A DNA stretch of 64,000 bases from assembly GCA_032430995.1 (NCBI GenBank), contig GCA_032430995.1_3952.1. One strand, written 5' to 3'. Source of the stretch: a phage. The notes under the pieces were generated by a model. The model searched no databases. It had not been told where the DNA came from and saw nothing but the letters and a program-made list of their open reading frames with translations. The position numbers and the translations under genes were made by a program. The stretch's first letter is position 1, and the number at the start of each line of letters is the position of its first letter. Below are positions 36,496 to 51,704 of this stretch, piece by piece.

Positions 36496-36873
36496 ATGGC
36501 ATATCAAGGTTTTACTAAGTTAGGTAAAAGAGAACCTCTGAATGATATCATTCTTTGGGAACAGGTTACCCCAACAGGCCACTCTCGTAAAGAGTACACC
36601 CCACAGGCATCTACAGAATATCGTGTAGGTGAAGTTCTGAAAGCAGATGGTACTAAAGTTGCAGCAGGGGAAGAAGCTCAGGCTGATTCTGTATGTATCG
36701 TTAACTTTTATGCAGACCTGCAACTGTCTTACCACGGTCAGTTGAAAGTTGTTGGTATTTACCGTGACGCAGAACTGAAAGACATGCTGACTCTTGAGTC
36801 TGGTGTTAATGCCGAGAGCGTCAAGACAGCTCTGGCTGCTAAAGGTATTGATTTCGTACCAACTGGCCTGTAA
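36496..36873 (+). CDS. possible head decoration protein
   Basis: 125-aa ORF between protease and capsid gene; positional inference only. Confidence 0.3.
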   Translation: MAYQGFTKLGKREPLNDIILWEQVTPTGHSRKEYTPQASTEYRVGEVLKADGTKVAAGEEAQADSVCIVNFYADLQLSYHGQLKVVGIYRDAELKDMLTLESGVNAESVKTALAAKGIDFVPTGL

Positions 36874-36906
36874 TAACAATAATAAGACATTCTGGAGAAT
36901 TTTACA

Positions 36907-38013
36907 ATGTTGACTAATTCTGAAAAAAGCAGATTTTTCCTTGCTGACCTGACTGGTGAAGTCCAGTCTATCCCAAATACTTATGGGTATATTTCCAACT
37001 TAGGTCTGTTCCGTTCAGCACCAATCACCCAAACTACTTTCCTTATGGACTTGACTGATTGGGATGTTAGCTTGCTTGATGCGGTAGACCGTGATAGCCG
37101 TAAAGCAGAGACTAGCGCACCTGAGCGTGTTCGTCAAATCAGCTTCCCAATGATGTACTTCAAAGAAGTTGAAAGCATTACTCCTGATGAAATTCAGGGT
37201 GTACGTCAGCCAGGCACTGCAAACGAACTGACTACTGAAGCTGTAGTACGTGCTAAGAAGCTGATGAAGATTCGTACCAAGTTCGATATTACTCGTGAGT
37301 TCCTGTTTATGCAAGCTCTGAAGGGTAAAGTTGTTGATGCTCGTGGTACTCTGTATGCTGACCTGTACAAGCAGTTCGACGTTGAGAAGAAGACTGTTTA
37401 CTTCGACCTTGACAACCCTAATGCTGACATCGACGCTTCTATTGAAGAACTGCGTATGCACATGGAAGACGAAGCTAAGACTGGCACTGTAATCAACGGT
37501 GAAGAAATTCACGTAGTTGTTGACCGTGTATTCTTCAGCAAGCTGACTAAACACCCTAAGATTCGTGATGCCTATCTTGCACAGCAGACCCCACTGGCTT
37601 GGCAACAGATTACTGGTTCTCTGAGAACTGGTGGTACTGACGGCGTTCAGGCTCACATGAACACTTTCTACTACGGTGGTGTTAAGTTTGTCCAGTACAA
37701 CGGTAAGTTCAAAGACAAGCGTGGTAAGGTTCATACTCTGGTGAGCATTGATGGTGCTGGTGCAGAGGTTGGTGTAGGACACGCTTTCCCTAACGTTTCT
37801 ATGCTGGGTGAAGCAAACAACATCTTCGAAGTGGCTTATGGCCCATGCCCTAAGATGGGTTACGCAAATACACTTGGTCAGGAACTGTATGTATTCGAAT
37901 ACGAAAAAGACCGTGATGAAGGTATTGACTTCGAAGCTCACTCTTACATGCTGCCATACTGTACTCGTCCTCAGTTGCTGGTAGACGTTCGTTCTGACGC
38001 TAAAGACGAATAA
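36907..38013 (+). CDS. major capsid protein
   Basis: 368 aa; position after protease/decoration genes; C-terminal region loosely resembles lambda gpE-type capsid. Confidence 0.55.
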   Translation: MLTNSEKSRFFLADLTGEVQSIPNTYGYISNLGLFRSAPITQTTFLMDLTDWDVSLLDAVDRDSRKAETSAPERVRQISFPMMYFKEVESITPDEIQGVRQPGTANELTTEAVVRAKKLMKIRTKFDITREFLFMQALKGKVVDARGTLYADLYKQFDVEKKTVYFDLDNPNADIDASIEELRMHMEDEAKTGTVINGEEIHVVVDRVFFSKLTKHPKIRDAYLAQQTPLAWQQITGSLRTGGTDGVQAHMNTFYYGGVKFVQYNGKFKDKRGKVHTLVSIDGAGAEVGVGHAFPNVSMLGEANNIFEVAYGPCPKMGYANTLGQELYVFEYEKDRDEGIDFEAHSYMLPYCTRPQLLVDVRSDAKDE

Positions 38014-38034
38014 TATTCTTAAGGAGGGTTATGA

Positions 38035-38484
38035 ATGTGTTATACAGGCGACCCAGCCAATAACCCTCTTGATAGAGTAAGAATCCTCTGCACAGACACC
38101 AATAATGATGAAATTCTTATTGAACAGTCTGTGCTAGAGTGGTTCTATCTAGAATCTGGAAAGGATGAAAAGAAAGCAGCCATCAAAGCTCTTAAATATT
38201 TACTCTTTCAAGTAGCCAAGATGGGAGATGAGAAGGTTGGTGGTGTTTATTTACGTAACTCTTCCAGATTCAAATCTCTGAAAGCTGTTTATGATGACCT
38301 TGTTAAAAGCTCTGTTTCAGGACTACCCTATGCAGGTGGTATTAACCAGTGCGATATTGATATGCGTCGTCAGAATCCTTGCTCTGTCAAGAAATACACA
38401 GAATATGGTGATGCTGCCAGATACGAAGGCAGAGATTACTGCAACCGTGTTAATGGCGTATTTATTATCGAGCGAGATGAATAA
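38035..38484 (+). CDS. hypothetical head-tail joining protein
   Basis: 149-aa ORF. Confidence 0.4.
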   Translation: MCYTGDPANNPLDRVRILCTDTNNDEILIEQSVLEWFYLESGKDEKKAAIKALKYLLFQVAKMGDEKVGGVYLRNSSRFKSLKAVYDDLVKSSVSGLPYAGGINQCDIDMRRQNPCSVKKYTEYGDAARYEGRDYCNRVNGVFIIERDE

Positions 38485-38966
38485 TGGTTAAAAGGGTTAT
38501 TCACCCCGCTAGAGCAAAATTAGTCGGGGCTATGAAGAACTTGCAAACGGCTAATGCTCAAGTTGGGTATTTTCAAGAACAAGGTCAACATAGCTCTGGT
38601 TTTTCTTATCCTGCTTTAATGTATTTGCAAGAAGTTATTGGGGTTCCCTCAGTTTCTGGTAAAGTATATCGTAGGTTGTTTGAAATCACTATGATGCTAA
38701 ACAGACAGACCTTGTTAGAGCAGACTAAGAAGAATCTATATAAGCAACTTAGCAGTCTCAACACAGACCCTTCAAATACTTTAGAAGCATTTGCAAAGAA
38801 TGCTCAGAAGGCAATTAAAAGGGGTTTTGGTAATTCTGCTATACTCCCTCCTAACGCACCTTCCACAGTCAAGAAAAAAGGCTTTAACGCACCTCTTGTT
38901 GAGACAGGTGACTTAAGGGATAGCCTTGCTTATAAAATTTCTACTAAGAAGGGTATTAAGAAATGA
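38484..38966 (+). CDS. hypothetical head-tail joining protein
   Basis: 160-aa ORF. Confidence 0.4.
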   Translation: MVKRVIHPARAKLVGAMKNLQTANAQVGYFQEQGQHSSGFSYPALMYLQEVIGVPSVSGKVYRRLFEITMMLNRQTLLEQTKKNLYKQLSSLNTDPSNTLEAFAKNAQKAIKRGFGNSAILPPNAPSTVKKKGFNAPLVETGDLRDSLAYKISTKKGIKK

Positions 38967-39364
38967 GACTCTTAAACAGACACAGCTTTGTAGTAAAGCG
39001 TAAAGTCTCTGAAGATGGTTATTACAATGATGATGGTGATTGGGTAGCTTCACAAGATATTGTAGAGGTTAACTGCAAAGGTAATATCCAGCCATATATC
39101 AAAGGTTCTGTAAAGAATGGTACACAGATTGCTTTACCGGAAGGTATCAGGCTTACCGATACAAGAATCCTGTATACTACATATAAACTTAGAACTTCAG
39201 ATGATGTAGAGTGGAATGAGTCTGACATTGTTATGATTGATGGTCATGAGTATGAAGTATTTATGACTATGGATTGGTCACAACAATTAGCCCATACGTC
39301 CCATTATGAATATATCATTATTAGAAGGGATAAAATGAATGCAGTTAGAAACAGCAGAACTTGA
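38963..39364 (+). CDS. hypothetical head-tail joining protein
   Basis: 133-aa ORF. Confidence 0.4.
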   Translation: MRLLNRHSFVVKRKVSEDGYYNDDGDWVASQDIVEVNCKGNIQPYIKGSVKNGTQIALPEGIRLTDTRILYTTYKLRTSDDVEWNESDIVMIDGHEYEVFMTMDWSQQLAHTSHYEYIIIRRDKMNAVRNSRT

Positions 39365-39938
39365 AAAAGGTCTAGTTAGAACCTTAGTGGATGTTATTGG
39401 TCACAGACTAGCTCGTGATAAAAATAATAGACCAAACGTAATTAGAGCTTACCCTTCTGATAACTCAAATGACAAAGGTTTAAAACCTGACCAGCCATTT
39501 ATTACCGTATATTGTCAAGATGCTGCAACACCTTATGGTTGGGTTCTTGATAAGTTTGTTGAGGATGATGTAGTTTGCTACAGAATTGCTTTTCAGATTC
39601 CTGTACTAATTACGGTGAATGGTAAAGGTGCTCACAGCATCATGCTTGAGCTTAAACAACGATTAGAGATGAGTTCAGTCAGAGATTTAATTCTTGAAGA
39701 GACAGGAGCTACAGTTCTAGACACTGGAGCTATCCCAAATGACTACACTTATCTTAATACAGATTTCGAAAATTCTGCACCTCTTGTTGTAACTCTTGTA
39801 AAAAATTCAGTCCTGAAAGATGAACGTGGGGGAATTATTGAACGTGTCATTGTTGATGGTGAATTAGTTTACGAAGAAGGACAAGAGCCACCAGAATATA
39901 CTATCCATCTAGATGTAGACTCCAAAGGGGTAAAATAA
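39339..39938 (+). CDS. hypothetical tail completion protein
   Basis: 199-aa ORF. Confidence 0.4.
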   Translation: MQLETAELEKGLVRTLVDVIGHRLARDKNNRPNVIRAYPSDNSNDKGLKPDQPFITVYCQDAATPYGWVLDKFVEDDVVCYRIAFQIPVLITVNGKGAHSIMLELKQRLEMSSVRDLILEETGATVLDTGAIPNDYTYLNTDFENSAPLVVTLVKNSVLKDERGGIIERVIVDGELVYEEGQEPPEYTIHLDVDSKGVK

Positions 39939-41291
39939 ATGTGGAATCCAATTGTTAATGTAGATATTACATTGAACACCGCAGGAACTACAAGAGAAGG
40001 TTTTGGGCTACCACTATTTTTAGCTTCAACAGATAACTTTGAAGAAAGAGTCCGTGGTTACACTTCCTTAACTGAAGTTGCTGAAGATTTCGATGAAAAC
40101 TCTGCTGCATATAAGGCTGCTAAACAACTTTGGAGTCAGACTCCTAAAGTAACTCAGCTTTATATTGGTAGACGTGCTATGCAGTACACTGTATCAATTC
40201 CTGATGAGGTTACTGAGAGCACCGACTATTCTTTAACTGTAGCTGTGAGCGGTGGAGTTTCTCAGCCATTCCAGTACACTTCACAGTCAGAAGATACTGC
40301 TGAGAAGGTGCTACAGCAGCTTAAAACTCAGATTGAAGCAGAGCCTTCTGTAAAAGACCTTGTTACCGTCAATGTAACTGGTGCTGGTGGTTCAGCAACA
40401 ATGGTAATCACCAAAGCGGGTGACAATGACTTCGTGAAGGTTACCACTACAGCACAAACAGTGTCAATTGCAAGTACAACTGCTGACACAGCATCGACTG
40501 CTCTGGCAGCTATTGAGGCTTATTCAACTGACTGGTATTTCATTGCAGCAGAAGATAGAACTCAACAGTTTGTCTTAGCAATGGCTTCTGAGATTCAAGC
40601 TCGTAAGAAGATTTTCTTTACAGCTAACTCTGATGTAACAGCCCTACAAGGCACAGAATTAGCCAGTGCAAATGATGTTCCAGCACAGCTTGTTAAGAGT
40701 CAGTACACTCGTACCGTTTGCTTGTGGCATCACACAGCAGCAGAAGACTATCCAGAAATGGCATACATTGCTTATGGCGCTCCGTATGATGCAGGTTCAA
40801 TTGCTTGGGGTAACGCACAGTTAACTGGCGTAGCTGCTTCTCTACAGCCATCTAATCAGAGACCTCTGACAAGTATTCAGAAGTCAGCTTTAGATGCACG
40901 TCACTGTAACTTTATTGACCTTGATGGTGGTGTTCCAGTGGTTCGTAGAGGGATTACTTCTGGTGGGGAATGGATTGATATCATCCGTGGTGTTGACTGG
41001 TTAGAATCAGACCTGAAAACTTCTCTGAGAGACTTGCTAATTAACCAGAAGGGTGGTAAGATTACTTATGATGATACTGGTATTACCCGTATTCGTCAAG
41101 TCATTGAAACCTCTCTGCAAAGAGCAGTCAACAGAAACTTCCTGTCATCTTACACAGTTAATGTTCCTAAAGCCTCTCAAGTTGCTTTGGCAGACAAGAA
41201 AGCTCGTATCCTGAAAGACGTTACCTTCGCAGGTATCTTAGCAGGGGCTATCTTGGATGTTGACTTGAAAGGTACAGTGGCTTACGAATAA
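39939..41291 (+). CDS. tail sheath protein
   Basis: 450 aa followed by 148-aa tube-sized ORF, chaperone pair and tape measure. Confidence 0.5.
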   Translation: MWNPIVNVDITLNTAGTTREGFGLPLFLASTDNFEERVRGYTSLTEVAEDFDENSAAYKAAKQLWSQTPKVTQLYIGRRAMQYTVSIPDEVTESTDYSLTVAVSGGVSQPFQYTSQSEDTAEKVLQQLKTQIEAEPSVKDLVTVNVTGAGGSATMVITKAGDNDFVKVTTTAQTVSIASTTADTASTALAAIEAYSTDWYFIAAEDRTQQFVLAMASEIQARKKIFFTANSDVTALQGTELASANDVPAQLVKSQYTRTVCLWHHTAAEDYPEMAYIAYGAPYDAGSIAWGNAQLTGVAASLQPSNQRPLTSIQKSALDARHCNFIDLDGGVPVVRRGITSGGEWIDIIRGVDWLESDLKTSLRDLLINQKGGKITYDDTGITRIRQVIETSLQRAVNRNFLSSYTVNVPKASQVALADKKARILKDVTFAGILAGAILDVDLKGTVAYE

Positions 41292-41306
41292 TAGAGGTAA
41301 ATTGGA

Positions 41307-41753
41307 ATGGCTATGTATCAGCAATATTCCCCTAAAGACGTTGTGTGTAGCTGGAATGGTATTGCTATTGAAGGCTTTGCCCCAGACTCATTCTTACGTC
41401 TACAGAGAACATCACCACTTGTGACACCAGTTGTAGGTGCAGGTGGTCAAGTTGCTCTGACAAGAAATGCAGACAAGACAGGTACTATTGAGATTGAGCT
41501 AATGCAGACTTCTCTCTCTAACCAGATGCTTTCTGCAATTCAAGCTAAACAAGACAATATGGAACTTGAAGAAGATATCTCTTCTAACTTCGTAATCTAC
41601 GACCCATCAGGCTCTGTTCTGGCAACTGGTATTAATGCTTGGTTGCAGGAATTACCACAGATTGAACTTGGTCGTGACCAGAACTCTAAGACTTGGATTT
41701 TTGGTTGTGAGAAGCTAGACTACACTTCTACAATTCCAGCGTCAAGTGTTTAA
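41307..41753 (+). CDS. tail tube protein
   Basis: 148 aa, position between sheath and chaperones. Confidence 0.45.
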   Translation: MAMYQQYSPKDVVCSWNGIAIEGFAPDSFLRLQRTSPLVTPVVGAGGQVALTRNADKTGTIEIELMQTSLSNQMLSAIQAKQDNMELEEDISSNFVIYDPSGSVLATGINAWLQELPQIELGRDQNSKTWIFGCEKLDYTSTIPASSV

Positions 41754-41765
41754 TAAATCCTATAA

Positions 41766-41797
41766 GGGGGAGACTTTAAAAGGTCTTCCCCTTTTTT
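41766..41797 (+). terminator. rho-independent terminator after tail tube gene
   Basis: GGGGGAGAC ... GTCTTCCCC hairpin plus T6. Confidence 0.6.
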
Positions 41798-41826
41798 GTT
41801 TCTTTTAAAAATATTAAGGAATCACA

Positions 41827-42225
41827 ATGAAAACAGAATCTAGAGTAATTAATGGTAAGAAAGTAAATATCGTTCTGCTTGGGGCAAGAGATGGTATTAA
41901 GATGTCTATGAAGTTGGGTAAAATTGTTGTTCCAACCTTTGCACAGATGCTGTCAAGTCTGACTGATAAAGACAAGAAAGAAGCTCCAATGGTTCCATTT
42001 AAAGAACTTGTTGAAGCTTGTTTTGACAGAATTGAAGAAATTAACCTTGAAGAAATGGCTACCTTACTATTTCAAGGGGCGACTGTTGATGACTTCCCAC
42101 TAAATATTGATACCTACTTCCAAGCAAACTACGGTGAATTTATTGATTACTTAGCATTTGCGCTGGAGGCAAACTTCGGAAGTTTTTTCGAAGCAAGCAT
42201 TTTCAAAAGCCTAACTTCTCAGTAA
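41827..42225 (+). CDS. tail assembly chaperone
   Basis: 132-aa ORF upstream of tape measure; slippery T_TTT_TTC at 42183-42189. Confidence 0.5.
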   Translation: MKTESRVINGKKVNIVLLGARDGIKMSMKLGKIVVPTFAQMLSSLTDKDKKEAPMVPFKELVEACFDRIEEINLEEMATLLFQGATVDDFPLNIDTYFQANYGEFIDYLAFALEANFGSFFEASIFKSLTSQ

Positions 42226-42227
42226 AC

Positions 42228-42466
42228 ATGGGTAACACTCTACAGACACCACTGACTGATGCTGCTGTAGAGGCAACCTATGAAGAAGCAGACGAGATGA
42301 AATTTGTGCTTGCTATTTATGGTATGGAAGGGTGTAAAGAAACACTTGACCAACTCTTTGCTATGACATTCTCTGATTTATTATCATTGAGACAATTTCT
42401 TGAGATTCAGAGGTCGTATAAAGAGGAAATTGCTTACAACGAACTTAGAAGAGCAGGAAAAATGTA

Positions 42467-42467
<1 letters not shown>
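42228..42467 (+). CDS. tail assembly chaperone frameshift-extension ORF
   Basis: 79-aa ORF in -1 frame relative to 41827..42225, open from slip site. Confidence 0.4.
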
Positions 42468-47851
<5,384 letters not shown>

Positions 47852-47852
<1 letters not shown>

Positions 47853-49321
47853 TGGCAGGACTAACTACAACAGGATTACAAACTCTAAGATATCAGGAGA
47901 TTTTTGATAATATCAAATCAAGACTTCTTAGAGATATTTCACCAAACCTTGACGTCTCTGAAGACAGTCAATTAGGTCTCTTCCTAGCTTCAATTGCAAG
48001 GTCTTTAGCAGATACTCATGAGATTCTATCAGAAATCTACGATGGGGGTACAATTGATAAGGCTGAAGGCTTTAACCTTGATGATATTACAGCTTTAAAT
48101 GCGGTATACAGATACGTTGCTCAGGCAACAAGAGGTCAAGTTGAGTTTACTGGAACTACTGGTGCTACCATTCCTTCAACAACAAGATTAAGAAGTACTG
48201 CCGGAAACATCTTTTATCCAGTTAATAACATTACTCTTACTCCATCATATTGTGTTGAAGCTACCCTTGAAGTTAACTCTTTACGAACTGATGCAGATTA
48301 TGTTATTATTATTGATAACGTCATTTTCTCATATAAACCAACCTCATTAGATACAATCACCACGCTGCTAACAAAATTAGCAGAAGCTATTAATGGTGGT
48401 ATTGTAGCAAAAGCAGAAGTCATTAATGATGGAGCCGCATTAAGAGTCTATAAAGATGAAGGTGATATCATTGCAAGAACAAACCCTATGGTTGTCACTG
48501 CAACAACGTTTCTGACCTTTACAAAGATTACAACTATCTCAGATGTAGTAGCTGAAGAGGTTGGTGCTATTCCTGCTTTAGCTGGAACTCTTATTGAGAT
48601 TGAGACAACTGTTGATGGTCTTGACAGCATCTATAACAGGTATGACTTAACGACTGGTAGAAACGAAGAAACTGACACAGAACTTAGACAGAGATATTTA
48701 GAATCCTTAGCAGTTACTGGTGTAGGGACTTTGGATGCAATTGTAGCTGCTGTTAAAAGAGTTCAAGGTGTCTCAGATGCTTCAGGTGTTGAGAATGATA
48801 CTGAAGAGACAAACTCAGAAGGTCTTCCACCAAAATCTTTTAGGATTGTTGTAGTTGGTGGTCAAAATGATAATGTTGCTCAAGCAATCTGGGATACAAA
48901 ACCTGCTGGTATCAGGGCTTATGGCTCAATTTTTGGTACAGCCTATGATTTAGGTGGTCTGGCACATAATATCTATTTTAGCAGACCAACACCAAAATAC
49001 GCATTTGTTAAGGTGTCTTACTCATTATATGACGAAGAAAGTTTGACAATCCCTGAAGAAGATATCAGAGATAGTATTGTGCAAGGTATTAACGCCTACG
49101 GAAGAACTCTTAAGGTTGGTAATGATGTTATCCCTAACAGAATTTATGGGTACATCTATGACGTAATCAAAGGTATTGAGATTAATGAGGTGAAAGTAGC
49201 ATTATCAAACAGCCAATCAGTTCCACCTAGTGACGGACAATATACTACAGCAAGAATTACTGTTGACGGTGACCAATATACTGTTTGGGAAAGTAGCCAG
49301 TATACCATCACTAAGGAGTAA
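47852..49321 (+). CDS. putative baseplate wedge protein (gpJ-like size)
   Basis: 489 aa; positional inference. Confidence 0.3.
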
Positions 49322-49323
49322 TA

Positions 49324-50178
49324 ATGTTTGAAAAGATTGATAGTGTTTATTATAAAACACTTGATGAAAGGACTGTAACACAGTTTAAAGATAAATTTAT
49401 CTATACAAGTATCTTGAAAGCAATCACTGATGAGCTACAAACACTAGAGGATGTTTGCTGGCAGATGCACACAGAGAGAAATATCAGGACGTCAGTAGGT
49501 CAACAACTTGATAATATTGGCTCACTGATTAAAGTTCCTAGACCTTTAGGTGCTGATGATGAAACATACAGAGCTATGCTTTATATCCAAATCTTCCTAA
49601 GACGTTCTGATACTACTCCAACATTCTTGCAAAAAGCAATTATGACATTGTATGGTGCAACTTTCTCTCAGATTTTTGAGCATATTACTCCTAAGACTGG
49701 TGGTATCGTTATCCGTATTAATACTAGAAAAAGCGTTCTTGATGCTGCATATACACTGTCAAAGATTTCTGCAACAACCACTGGTTCCGCTGTTATCTTA
49801 AGAGATGTTACTTTAAATGGGACTGCTTGGACACCTGTAGAGGTTGCTGATTCATCACTTGCTATTGTTGATGATAAAGAGAACTGGTTTGTAACTGATG
49901 CTAACAGAGGTCTGGTCACAAATAACACTGGTGGCTCTCTGGAGTCCAACCTAGTAGGGAGTCTTGCAGATGCTGGTGTTATTGATGGTTACTTTAAGGT
50001 TGACAGAACAGCAAACTCACAGAGCGATGATTATATGACTGTAGATAGGTCTAATAAGAGTGGTTATTTCATCGTTGGTAAAGAAGCTATTGCAGGTGGT
50101 GCATACGGAATCATGGCTGAGGTTGCACAAATTGTCAAAGGCAGAAAAGATAAATCACAACAAGAAGGAAATTCTTAA
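49324..50178 (+). CDS. putative baseplate/tail fiber base protein
   Basis: 284 aa; positional inference. Confidence 0.3.
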   Translation: MFEKIDSVYYKTLDERTVTQFKDKFIYTSILKAITDELQTLEDVCWQMHTERNIRTSVGQQLDNIGSLIKVPRPLGADDETYRAMLYIQIFLRRSDTTPTFLQKAIMTLYGATFSQIFEHITPKTGGIVIRINTRKSVLDAAYTLSKISATTTGSAVILRDVTLNGTAWTPVEVADSSLAIVDDKENWFVTDANRGLVTNNTGGSLESNLVGSLADAGVIDGYFKVDRTANSQSDDYMTVDRSNKSGYFIVGKEAIAGGAYGIMAEVAQIVKGRKDKSQQEGNS

Positions 50179-50480
50179 TGGCAGTTCTAAATTGGTCTAC
50201 AAACGAAGTAGATACTGATGGTAATCAGTTAAAAGTTTTACCACCACCGGAAGTTCAAGAGACAGGTCTTTTAAAGGGTGAGCCTATGGGTAGACAGTGG
50301 TTCAACTATATTATCAACTACCTGCTGAATAAAGTAAATGGCACTGTTGGTGAAGTTCGTTCATATGCAACTGAGCAACCAGATTTAGTGGCTAATGGCT
50401 GGAACCTCATTAAGTCTGAGACAGGGACTGCATCAACAAGTACAAGAAACCTTTACACATATGAATATGTAGGAGCTTAA
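50178..50480 (+). CDS. hypothetical tail protein
   Basis: 100-aa ORF. Confidence 0.4.
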   Translation: MAVLNWSTNEVDTDGNQLKVLPPPEVQETGLLKGEPMGRQWFNYIINYLLNKVNGTVGEVRSYATEQPDLVANGWNLIKSETGTASTSTRNLYTYEYVGA

Positions 50481-50482
50481 TA

Positions 50483-51658
50483 ATGGCAGTAGGTGAAATT
50501 CAAATTAGTGCCTTGCCACAAGCGGCCTTACCAATTGATTTGAGTGATATCTTCCACCTTAAGCAAGGTGTTGAGGATAAAAGATGTACGCTTGAGCAGT
50601 TGTTAGCACCTCACGCATCTCTGAGGAATAATCCTCATGGTGTAACTAAATCACAAGTGGGTCTTGATAATGTTATTAACTCTCTTCAATTAGTTGCAAC
50701 TAATAACTTGTCAGACATTGTGAATGTTGCTGAGGCAAGAGCAAATCTACAAATTATGTCGTCAGAGGAAGTGAATAACTTAATTCAGCAACATATTGAC
50801 GACAAAAGTAACCCACACAATACAACGAAAGCACAGGTTGGTTTAAGTAATGTTCAGAACTGGACAACATCTAATCTGTACAATGAAGATGCTGATAAGT
50901 ATGCTACAGCGAGAGCAGTGAATAACTTATACAAAGCTATCCAAGCATCATATCCAGTGGGGACTATTCATCTGTCTGTTAACTCTGCTAACCCATCCAC
51001 TTACTTGCTTTGTGGTGGCACTTGGGAGTTAGTTTCTAAAGGTAGGGCACTAGTTGGTTATGATACAGATTCTAGACCTGTTGGTTCAATGTTTGGTTCT
51101 CAGACTGTAGCATTAACAAATAATAATTTACCAGCACATACTCACTCTATCTACCTAACAGGTGGTGGTCATACACACTCTGCAAGTGTATCTATCTCTA
51201 GTTTTGATTATGGTTCAAAAAGCACATCAACTTTTGATTACGGTACAAAAACGACTAATAGTGCTGGTGCTCACACTCACACGTTTAGTGGCACAACAAG
51301 TAATGCTGGTAACCACAACCATAGAGTTCCTATGAGGGGTAATGATAGGGGTGGCACAAATGCTATTACTGCATCTGCTGATGCTGGTGTTGGTAATGCT
51401 ATGTATACTGATTTAGCTGGTGCTCACACCCATAGCTTCTCAGGTACAACTGCATCATCTGGTGCTCATAGTCATACTGTCGCAATTGGTGCTCACAGCC
51501 ACACTGTTAATATTGGTTCGCACAGTCATACAGGCACTGTTACTGTTTCTAGCTCTGAGCATACACACTCAGGGACAACTGGTTCTGTTGGTGGTGGTCA
51601 AGCATTCAGTGTTGAGCAGCCATCTTTTGTAGTGTATGTGTGGCAGAGAACAGCTTAA
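50483..51658 (+). CDS. tail fiber protein with His-x-His repeat tip
   Basis: N-terminal NPHGVTKSQVGLDNV / NPHNTTKAQVGLSNV repeats; C-terminal AHTHSFSG, AHSHTVAIGAHSHTVNIGSHSHTG. Confidence 0.6.
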   Translation: MAVGEIQISALPQAALPIDLSDIFHLKQGVEDKRCTLEQLLAPHASLRNNPHGVTKSQVGLDNVINSLQLVATNNLSDIVNVAEARANLQIMSSEEVNNLIQQHIDDKSNPHNTTKAQVGLSNVQNWTTSNLYNEDADKYATARAVNNLYKAIQASYPVGTIHLSVNSANPSTYLLCGGTWELVSKGRALVGYDTDSRPVGSMFGSQTVALTNNNLPAHTHSIYLTGGGHTHSASVSISSFDYGSKSTSTFDYGTKTTNSAGAHTHTFSGTTSNAGNHNHRVPMRGNDRGGTNAITASADAGVGNAMYTDLAGAHTHSFSGTTASSGAHSHTVAIGAHSHTVNIGSHSHTGTVTVSSSEHTHSGTTGSVGGGQAFSVEQPSFVVYVWQRTA

Positions 51659-51668
51659 TTTCTTTACA

Positions 51669-51688
51669 GGGGCTTTATAGCCCCTTTT
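51669..51688 (+). terminator. rho-independent terminator
   Basis: GGGGCTTTATAGCCCC hairpin plus T4. Confidence 0.55.
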
Positions 51689-51704
51689 AAGAGGAAAACT
51701 TATA

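Noticed and set aside
37015-37941. 308-aa minus-strand ORF antisense to the major capsid gene
   Set aside because: Fully contained antisense within a strongly supported structural gene; low-complexity translation; typical shadow ORF. Same reasoning for 36067..36507, 36520..36879, 32275..32691, 32935..33177, 33217..33450, 33601..33813 and other antisense ORFs in the structural module.
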